A model generated the notes under the pieces. That model worked only from the letters and a program-made list of their open reading frames with translations, was not told the origin of the DNA and did no database searches. 64,000 nt of DNA from Trichoplax sp. H2 (lineage: Eukaryota): NCBI GenBank assembly GCA_003344405.1, contig NOWV01000020.1:248001-312000 (forward strand). The letters are read 5' to 3'. A program made the position numbers and the translations under genes. Shown piece after piece: positions 53,891-64,000 of this stretch. Positions within the stretch are counted from its first letter, which is position 1. Every line of letters begins with the position of its first letter.

Positions 53891-54319
53891 GTTATGCCTG
53901 CAGTTTATACATGGAACGCCAGTCCAATTGCATATTGCAAAAGAGGAGAAATAGCCCATTTTACGCTTTCACATTATACACATCGTGTATTACGTATGGC
54001 TATGAGTGGAGAGTTTTGGGATCGGGTTTTTCTCGATTCTAGTCTCCAGTCCCGACTGGATTCTTCCTATCGACAGTGGAAAAAATGTTTCATGTCGGAC
54101 AGCTCGTCTATTGGAACGTATTACTCCTTCCATTCTGACTGTCCGCCTACCGACTACAGTATTACGTAACGGATTGCAATCCATGCCTGTTGTTGGCTCA
54201 AATGGTTGTATAGCATTAATGCATGGTTTGATTGATTGTATATGGTTGAAAATGATGTCAGACTGTCAGAATGAAGAGATTCTTTTTTACTCCTGCATTA
54301 CTGCCATAGCAAAGGCAAA

Positions 54320-55045
54320 AGTTGAAGAAATGGCAAATTTTGGGTGCATTTCCTAATGGCGGCCATATATATACATCAAGTCTAACGGAATTCACATGAT
54401 ACCTGAGTAGGATGGCATCGATGTCATCACACCCTGACTGCATCGCTTAACTGAAGATGATGGATCAATCGATCGATGAATACGACAACGCGGATGGGCA
54501 TGAAGAAATGGCAAATTTGGGGTGCATTTGCTAATGGAGGCAGACCATATATACATCAAGTCTAACGGAAATCACATCATACCTGAGTAGGATGGCATCC
54601 ATGTCATCACACCCTGACTGTATCGCTTAACTGAAGATGATGGATTAATCGATGAATACGACAAGGTGCATGAGCATGAAGAAATGGCAAATTTTGGGTG
54701 TATTTGCTAATGGAGGCAGGCCATATACATATATACATCAAGTCTAACGGAATTAACATGACACCTGAGTAGGATGGCATCGATGTCATCACACCCTGAC
54801 TGCATCGCTTAACTGAAGATGATGGATCAATCGATCGATGAATACAACAACGCGGATGGGCATGAAGAAATGGCAAATTTGGGGTGCATTTGCTAATGGA
54901 GGCCGGCCATATATATATACATCAAGTCTAACGGAATTAACATGACACCTGAGTAGGATGGTATCCATGTCATCACACCCTGACTGTATCGCTTAACTGA
55001 AGATGATGGATCAATCGATCGATGAATACGACAACGTGGATGATA
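54320..55045. repeat. ~180-bp tandem array (4 units), unrelated to the adjacent array
   Basis: GAAGAAATGGCAAATTT at 54324, 54502, 54678 and 54864. Each unit carries CATCAAGTCTAACGGAA and GTCATCACACCCTGACTG. Confidence 0.95.
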
Positions 55046-55659
55046 TCGATACTAGAGAATATTCTGGATGATGATTGTCGCCATCCATCCTTGCATCATG
55101 CTCGTTATTGCTATTAAGTAGGTTAAATTAGCAGCATGATATATCAATGTCTGCATGCTGCAATGCATTCATCAGTCGTCAACTGCATCAGATTCAACAG
55201 TTGTAAACTATCATGTCCCTACAGATATTCAACAAGTCAAACTAGCTACAAACCAACCTGTATAAAGGATCAATTCGATGAAATGATTTAGAAATGGAGG
55301 TTGTTATCCAATGCAAAGTGCGGCGATGATATCGGGTTAAGATTCAACCGACGATGGCTTACGATGATGATAATAATCCAGGATGAAATTAGTCCAATTT
55401 ATTTCCGATATCTACTAACTCGTCTCTTGTTTTAACGTATGCCACGTCAAGATTGATTTCAAGCCAATGGCTTACGTTGAATTGACTGGTGTTGCATGTA
55501 CTGTACAGAACAGCTTACTGCCATACTGGCAATTCAAAAGGCACAACGTTGTTTTGATACGGTAGTCGGTTTGAATACCAGTGAAAAATCAGTTACAAAC
55601 TGATGTCATAGTCACCAGTAGGTAGTGTACTGGAACATCGTAAGAGGTATCGTCAAGTA

Positions 55660-56220
55660 CTCCCCATGCAGTCCAGTCCCACCCATACTGTACGCTATAG
55701 ACGTGATGTTGTCGATCCATTTGTACAGGACATTTCCTTCCTTCCAGCTGTCTGTCATGGATGCAAGAAAAACAAAATTTGAATTTTGGGGGAAAATCCA
55801 GAGGATACAGTACCTTGCACTGTAGGATCTACAGTGCAAGGTACTGTACTGTCGAGATCTTCATGGATGAATAACGGTCCAGTTCGATTCGGTGCGGTAC
55901 GGTACGGTAGGTAGAAGTTGCACCTCTACTGTGATGACTCTCACCCATGCAGTCCAGTCCCACCCATACTGTACGCTATAGACGTGATGTTGTCGATCCA
56001 TTTGTACAGGACATTTCCTTCCTTCCAGCTGTCTGTCATGAATGCAAGAAAAACAAAATTTGAATTTTTTTGAAAATCCAGAGGATACAGTACTTTGCAT
56101 TGTAGGTTTTACAGTGCTACATACTGTGGAGATCTTCATGGATGGGTGACGGCCCAGTTCGGTCCGGTACGGTACGGTAGTTAGAAGTTGCACCTCTACT
56201 GTGATGACTCTCACCCATAC
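55660..56220. repeat. Direct repeat, about 2 copies of ~275-280 bp
   Basis: CCCATGCAGTCCAGTCCCACCCATACTGTACGCTATAGACGTG at ~55663 and ~55944. AGAAGTTGCACCTCTACTGTGATGACTCTCACCCAT at ~55913 and ~56183. Confidence 0.93.
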
Positions 56221-56273
56221 AGTGAGAGTTGAGAAAAAGTATACAGTACAGACCAAGTAGAGCGCTAACTCAC

Positions 56274-57263
56274 CTACGCCAGTATGAAACCTTAACTCTA
56301 CTCTACTGTACAGTACTGTATGGTCTCACCTCAGTCACTGTACAGTACGGTACCGTAGACTACAATACTATATACTGTAAATCGTTCCCGGCGTTTTCAT
56401 TCCATTTATCCTTTCAAAATGGTGCCGGTCGATATGATCCGCCACTTGCAGAAGAAGAAAGATCTTACTCCTGCACTATGGCACTACAGCACAGTACACT
56501 GAGTTAGAAGCTGTCATTGATAGTTGGTATAGTCAAAAGTGAAGTTTTGACTAGCGATTTGTATACCAGTACTGTGCGAGAGTGTGCGGACGTAGTTCAA
56601 GCTGAAAGTGACCTTGGCCGTGCCCATCGCGTCCATCGAGTACAGACAGCAGTCCATCCGTTGGCTCTGCCAAAGCGAGTGCCCCAGGGTGTACTGACAG
56701 ACTGTTCGTTCAGTCAGCGGCCACTGCATTCTGTCTGTACGGTCACGGTATACTTGAAATGACCAGTAAAATGGTCGGCCTGCAGTCATTTCAGGTTCCC
56801 AGTTCTATCTATAGTATTATGATGTTGTACAGAGTGCAGGTACAAAAAAAAAAAGAAACTTCTACCATAGACTACCGGTAAGATTTTAGTAGTCTTACCG
56901 GTAAAGAGTTTAGTAGTCCATTGCCTTTCCGCTCCGCTACAGTACGCACACTACAGTCTCTTTTTCTGAGTACTGTAGTCAAGGGTGTGTAAATGCTTTA
57001 CCTGTACAGTACAGCCTGGAAGTAGAAGGTATAGTACTGTAGTGGAGTTGTGCCAGGGACTTATTGTCTCTCTCCCAGTACACTACGCATGTGCCAACCC
57101 AAGCTGGGGTAAAAATCGCTTCCAAATCATTTCTCGATCCATTTTCTGTTTTTGTTATTCAAGAGTTTTTTGTCAATGACATCAATGTCTATTTAATATT
57201 ACAACTGGAGAAAAATCCATCATGTTACTATCTTTTCACTAACGTCCTATCGTCAACATCGCT
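56274..57263. promoter_or_regulatory. Putative bidirectional promoter / 5'UTR exons of CKAP5 (-) and ATG13 (+)
   Basis: GC-richer, CAGTA-rich island. Minus-strand donor AG|GTGAGT at 56273. The CKAP5 ATG is preceded by an acceptor (..ATACCACAG) 9 nt upstream. ATG13 ATG at 57264. Confidence 0.55.
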
Positions 57264-60200
57264 ATGGCCTCTATACCAGTCAGAGATGGACCACAGATTA
57301 ATTCCGATCTGGATCTATTTCTCAAATTCTTCGTTCAAAAGGTAAGGCTATCCACTATGGCAGATTGTAGCATTTTCCAAGGCCATCACAGACTTAGATC
57401 GTGATGGAGGCCAATGTACAACACATTGCTAACGATAACAGACTATACTAGCGTTAAGTGTCAGTATTTTCCCATAAGATGTCTATTGTAAATGCATTGG
57501 ACCTTGACCATTCCAGGTGCACTCCATGAAATGACTCTATACTATAGGATTCTCTCTTATGTTTCAGTCTATCGATTGAATCTTGTATGGCCAAAATCAT
57601 TTCACCAAACTCCATTTCATCCATGTTATTATCATTCGTCATCATTTCATCCAGCACGGATAAATCTTCCATGTAGTTTGAAATAGGGTCTTAAAACAAG
57701 AGTAATATCACATGAGATAGCCTTGTCCTTCATTCCTTGTGTTCATTTCAACGATCGTATATTTGTCCCATTTTATTAGCTAGGCCTATAACCTACTCAT
57801 CGCCAGTCATTTTTGGGGGGGATTCATGGCTCTCCAATCTTGACTCAAGTCAATTTCTACTCCATACTAGAATATCATGTTAGTAATGTTTTTCTTGTTT
57901 TTTTTCTTGGGTCATAGGCAACACAAGTAATAGCACAATCAAGAACTGGTCAAAAATACAGAACAAAATCCAAACCTACTCCTAGATCGACCGATTGGGT
58001 AAGTAATAGCCCATCATGATACTCCAAGATCGCTAGCAAGTCAACGTGTACAGTCTATTTGTTGTCTTGTTCGACGCCAATACTCTCCACTCGTGTCCCT
58101 TGGACACGCTAACACAGACAAATGGATTGCCATTGCAATTTCATCGCAAAATATGGCACAATAGTTCAATGGATGAGGATGATCAAAGCTTTCTATGTTC
58201 GATAGCCATTCTAACAGATAATCTAGACTTGTACTATCAATTTATCATAAAGTAATAGGGAATAAACAAGCTAGGCAATCATACGAGCCTTCAATGAATC
58301 AGACGATTTCGTCATCATTTTTATAAGCTTGGAAATGTAGTACTATACCATGACTCTACTGGTAATGTTTCCAGCTTATAATCTTGTCATCTATTCATTG
58401 CTTTTCATCTTCATACAAATCAAAAATTGAAACCCAAACCCACTTTACTCTACTGCTCTCATCATACTTGCTTCGACGTAGAATTGCCATCATAGTAGCT
58501 GACGACGAAAGGATTGTCATACACCAGCTTGTATTGTCGATTGTATTTTAAATGACTTGAAATATTTCATCATTTAAAATACACAGTAGTCGTCTATGGA
58601 TGATGATACAACAAGTTGAATGGGTCATCACTAATTGATTATATATATATCACTAAATTCATCCTCAATATGATAAACCCAAATAACTTTGCAACAGTAG
58701 TCAAAACATTTATCCCGCACGTTCATGGTACAGTATTAATCTTGCCAACGGCTCTTGTCCTTTTCATTGTAAGATCCAATAATTGATTATTTACACAAAC
58801 CAACCAAGCCAAAAAAATAACCACGTTATTGGTAGCATTCCTCGATACCTTACAACTTCTAAATATATAGAAACTAAAGTTAAGAATTCAAATTGTTTTT
58901 CTTATTATGATTTTAGCAGTTACAGTTCTACTGTAACTGTATGCAATACCTCACGCCAACGATAATGATGGACTACACCATTGATATGACTATTCTTCCC
59001 TATTTCATCATGTCTTCGTAGTCAATTGGCACAATCGGGATAACCAATTGCGCTGTAGTGAATAAAGTGAAAAATGCTAGTCAAAACGGATCGATAGGAG
59101 AGTAGAGTGTACGTTATTTTAGCATAATATGCAATTAGAAATAGTGGTCATTTGCTCAATGTTTACCGATAATTGTAATTATGACCCTACTTCAACTTGT
59201 TCTCTCAAGATTGATATACAGTACACGAGTACAGCCATGCTGCAGTAAATGCACTATACTCTATGCAGTATATAGTTCTATGTTGTATAGTAAACTTGTC
59301 ACAGTATACGCAAATACACACTTACTCGTATAATAACCAGGCCTATCAATGCGATTGCCTCTCTACATTAAAAATTTTATAGTGTAATTGCACTCTTACT
59401 CGCTTGCTCTCAGTTAACTTTATGAAAGTAATCACCTTTCATCTACATAATTATCTACATGATATCGGCTACTACCTTAAAATCGATTATTCAACCTGCT
59501 TTTACTACTGTAGCTTACAAGTTGCTATTTACAGCAAACGATATCATCAGTAAAGAATCCATCTTTTAGAGATTAATTGATATCATCGATACAGATTGCT
59601 AAATTATCACCAATAAATATAATCAATTTCTGTATTTCCAACGCAAAAGATGAAGGTATTCCCTTACGGATTTTTGTACTCTATTATCGATAGTTCACGT
59701 TAGATTTGGAAGATAATCGAGTCATTATTGATGAGATACGAACGTTATACTCCAGTAAATCGTTTCGTGAAGACGAGCCATTATGCATGGAAATTTCACT
59801 GACATCACCAGAGGTAAGGTGTACTCTTGCTTAGTATCAAAATGTACTGTAATGTTAGTAATTCTCACCTTGTAAGTAAGTTTATAAAGTAACTGAAAAT
59901 GGAATATAGCGAACAGTTACATTGAACATCTTAATTCAGGGAAACTGTATGGTACTGGAAATTTGGTCCTTCACCTTGAATACTACCAAGTAAGAATCAG
60001 ATTGTATAATTGACCATTGCAACCTTTAAATTCCTCCAACTATCACTAGTTATCCAAAGGAACTAATTTAATTCCTGTAGTCGCTACTTATGTCTGATTC
60101 ACATTAATTGTCCATTACAATACTTTTACTGCTTACCTGTAGCATGCGATCGATCTTGACAGTCTCACGGTCAAAACTACAATTATATTTATCTTTAGAA

Positions 60201-62598
60201 TTGGTAACCTACTATATGAAATGTTTGTCGCAGAAATAGTAATGCACAATTGTACAGTATATCGTTACATAGTACTGTAATTTAATCTTTCTAATTAGAA
60301 GTACTATCGGAATGGATCATGTAAAATAGCCATTAGTACGGTACATAAACTGTTTATTAATATTAATAATAGTTGCCAATAAGGTATTAAAATACATACA
60401 CTAATCACTATATCAAATTATGGATGATACTTAGATTCGATCCTAATGTCCGTGTCCGGTACACAGTTTATAATCGTTTTGGTATGTTGCTAAGATCTCT
60501 CTTTGCTGTATCACGCGCCGTACCGGCATATAATTTAGCAAGGAAACATGGCCATGAGGTTGATTTATTATATTGGTAAGTAGTTTATTACCGTAATGTT
60601 CATTTCTACAAGTTGAATTGTTCCATCGTGTGATACTCTTGTTCTGGAACTATGATCGCATAAAATAGTCAATTTAATGGGCGTCTTACAGATTCGTATT
60701 CTCATCATACTTTCTCATACTTCTTTATCATACTTTCTATCATCCAGTTTATACTATGGAGAACCACAACTTAGTAACTTGGGAGAAGGTAAACTAGATA
60801 CAACTAATCTTTTAACTACCTCGATATAATTGTAATGGTGCTTACTTAAAAAATATTAACCCACAAAGGTTACAAAACACTACAAGTTGGATCTGTCGGG
60901 ACTCCTGGTGGCTATTTAATTGTGTCTTTAGCGTACAGAAGTAAATATATTCTTGATGACAGGTATTTTCAAAATTTACTTCGATATGGAGGGAGTGTTA
61001 TGTACTACTCATTATCTTAGCCATTTGATCATAAAGACTTTTCCATCCTGCCATCATTTTGATCAATTTCTTATTGAACGTACTGATTACTATTAACATA
61101 TACACGTATACAATGGCATTACAAAACTAAATGGACTCAGTCATACTAGATCATAAATGCAGTTGTTGTTAGAAAGCCAAAGAATTTAACTAAAACCCTA
61201 TTGTAATAAATTCTACTTGTTACACAGTAGCAATAAACACTATTTTTTAAACAGCAAATCGACCTTATAGCTAATATTTTCATTTTCTTCTTAACAACAG
61301 ATCATCACAAGATACTATTGGGCGTCCTCAGTCTGTGCGACCAAAACTAATTAAGAGTATTAACGATGGTCAAGTACTGGATGTAACTATGACCAGCAAT
61401 TTAAAGTAAGTTTCATAGTAATCTTCTTATACCAAAAATGAATCATTCTCTTATTCACTTAAAATTTTAAAAATGAATTATGTCTATAAATACAATAGAG
61501 ACCGAATAACCGATGAATTAGCAAGTGCTATGGCGGATGATTTCAGCAGTAAAAGTTCCACAACTGCTGCTGTACCTATTGTTAATAAAGATAAAATACC
61601 AAATACTGTCTCCGAATCTCCAGTCTGTCACAGGTATTTACTAATATCACTTCTATTACTATGTGTGTTTGCTAAAAACGCTAAATAGCGCACCTTTTTC
61701 TTTAGCCTACCTAAAACCACAGTTTTAGCAGCTTTTGTCGAAGGAAGTAGCCCTCAGGTAAGTGTAAAGCCTTCAAATTTAGGGTTAAAAGATAATTCAG
61801 TTGTAGTGGACAACCTCTGGTAGTTTTAAAAGCCAATCATTCATTATTTCTTTAGAATATGACACCACCTCGTCGGCCTTCAATGCCTGTCATCTTTTCG
61901 TCACCGGTACCATTTCAATCATTATTGCAAGGAAGAAACGTAACCGCCCCTTTTTTGGTAACATCAAATAATGCTACTTATCTATCAAATATTTTTACTG
62001 ATAAATACAATTCGTAGAGACTTGTCTAATAAATTTTTATCTTTTAAATATTATTTCCAAGGATAAAGAGGGTATAGACGATTCAGCGGTTACTGGATCT
62101 TATGAAGGTACGCTAGGAATTGAAAGTCGGCGCGAAAGTTTTATGGAGGAGGATGATTTCGTTATGGTAGATTTGGTAAGGATAATTTGATCACTATAAA
62201 TAATAAGACATTACGTTGCAATGCTTGATATATGTATATTCGAAGATTCACTTATAAACATATATTACAGAACCCAGCGTTTGCTACAACACCTTCGCTG
62301 GAATCCGATTTAGCTGCGTTTTATCGCGCGTGTCAATCTGCACCTAGACTTAGAATGTTCGATAATGATACAGCTCTTGACCTTACTGCACAAGGCCTCG
62401 TAAGTTGCGCGTTTGATGTTAGTTAAGGGATATTAAATACTAAGTCAATATCTATCTTAAAATAAATAGCTAGGATCATGATTAATATTCTATGTCTAAT
62501 TAAAATCTTAGGATACGATTGGGCAAGAATTAGACAACTTTAAAAAATTAGGAGAAGAATTTGAAAGCTCTTTGGGCCCATACGTAAAATTTGAATAG
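57264..62598 (+). CDS. ATG13: Autophagy-related protein 13 (HORMA domain, disordered tail, LIR)
   Basis: Exons include 57264-57341 (..SDLDLFLKFFVQK), 57918-57998 (ATQVIAQSRTG..STDW) and 59694-59813 (FTLDLED..PLCMEISLTSPE). Later exons: VLEIWSF, YTVYNRFGMLLRSLFAVSRAVPAYNLARK, YYGEPQLSNLGEGYKTLQVGSVGTPGG, EEDDFVMVDL, NPAF..DLAAFYRACQSAP. Stop TAG at 62596-62598. Confidence 0.95.
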
Positions 62599-63524
62599 GC
62601 TGCGTCAGTTTTTTAAAATGAAAAAATTGGCGATAGTGTCAGTAGTACTAGGCTTTACTGTACAAATGTACCTATAAAGCGATAAGTACACTCAATTTGG
62701 ACTGTATTTTTGTATGTTGATTCTGTACGATAAGTAAGTATTCATGTAATTCGTATGTTGCGAAAGAGTTTTTGCACAAGTCGCAAGCAAGATTCTATAA
62801 TAATCTAATTAAAAATTGCAACTATAAAACGTTAGGTTGCGTCCGACGATATCATCGCCTTCAGATTTATGTCTATTTGAAAAATTGTATTTATTTCATT
62901 ATAGCGATGATTACTGTTTTTGTTTATTTGTGGCTAAAGTATTTGCGTTTCGGAAGCCACCTATGCTGCGAGTTGGCTAAATTTCGATAGGGATTATCAT
63001 GGGGGTAAATATAATCTTTCGTACAACTATGGGGCTTGTAGCACTGCTTTACTATCAGCTCATACTTTTAAAACACTGTACAGTCGAAATAATATTAACA
63101 TTGTCACTGTATACGTAACTAAGTTGTGATATAAAAAAATTAACTGATTACAAAACTTTTGTTTCCTTTACTAGATTTGTAAAGAATTTTAGTAACGGTT
63201 ATAACTGAATTTCCTTAGTAACAAACTTTAAACAAAAATCACGCTTTTTGCTCAGTATCAGTTATTTCAGCTATTTTAGTCAAAGTAAAGAAATTGTCTG
63301 ATTTATTGTCTAATATTTACCAGTATTGTTTATGAACGAATTGTTTTGACACTTATGTTTATAATCATATGCTTTCTGGAACTTGCACCAACAACTATTA
63401 CGACTCAAATTTTAAGTATGCAAGCTTGTATATTTATTTCATTCTGAAATACTGTACTATAGTTACGGTATTTTAATAATTTTTTTAAGGCAAATCATTT
63501 CAAAGAATCAAAAATATTACGTAC

Positions 63525-63543
63525 ATATATATATATATATATA
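63525..63543. repeat. (TA)n microsatellite
   Basis: ATATATATATATATATATA read directly from the sequence. Confidence 0.9.
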
Positions 63544-64000
63544 AATGTACACTAAATCAGCGGACAAATAAAAATGAAGAAAATGGAAAGTTAAATTGAT
63601 AATTGGATTAATAATGTGCTTGTAGATCCTTTCAGTATGCAATTAAAGTTATTCGTAAACATGGTAGGAGTGCATAGTTACGTGTCTACAAGACAAGAAC
63701 ATAATAAATAGATTTGTAATGCCATTCCACTTAGAAGTACGTTCGATACTAACTTAGCGACTATTTTAATACCAATTTGAGTAATCCTGATATAAACATT
63801 GGCTTAAAATTTAGCGTGAAAGATCATAGTTTCAACTAATCATTTACGAGATTATATCTGTAAAAGTAAAAGAGCCCCCGGTTTAGTAATCAATTCAGCT
63901 ACGTTACCGTATAATACACCTTAAATGTTCATCTACTTTTTAGTTCGGTTGGATAATATTATACAAGTAAAAATTTTAAGCTACTTTCAATTTTCTCACC

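Noticed and set aside
53827..56789. Many overlapping 60-130 aa ORFs
   Set aside because: They derive from tandem repeats or GC-richer promoter DNA and show no coherent exon structure or protein motifs.
57454..57672. 72-aa acidic antisense ORF inside ATG13 intron 1 as a HARBI1/transposase remnant
   Set aside because: No DDE or helix-turn-helix motifs, short, and no supporting exons. Probably a chance ORF.

Overview
AT-rich, intron-dense animal genomic DNA. Short introns and ancestral-looking genes suggest a basal metazoan, most likely a placozoan (Trichoplax-like); that assignment is inference. Eight spliced genes were assembled by hand: a CCDC34/MAP9-like FxxW-repeat helical protein (+), AMBRA1 (+), AP-2 alpha adaptin (+), a small uncharacterised single-TM protein (-), RPS16 (+), ZADH2/PTGR3 (-), CKAP5/ch-TOG (-) and ATG13 (+). 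Main observations: (i) AMBRA1, CKAP5 and ATG13 lie within about 52 kb, and the same trio is clustered at human 11p11.2; CKAP5 and ATG13 are head-to-head here. (ii) AP2A contains a U12-type AT-AC intron. (iii) Several mutually unrelated tandem arrays of about 175-190 bp and dense (CAGTA/TACTG)n tracts sit at 5' gene ends. (iv) RPS16 has a probable 5'TOP non-coding first exon. (v) A hairpin insertion occurs near 7.6 kb. (vi) A 42-bp minisatellite with a duplicated block flanks two assembly gaps and is probably a haplotype artefact. No tRNA, rRNA, CRISPR array or transposase was recognised. Homology calls rest on recalled family motifs, not database searches.
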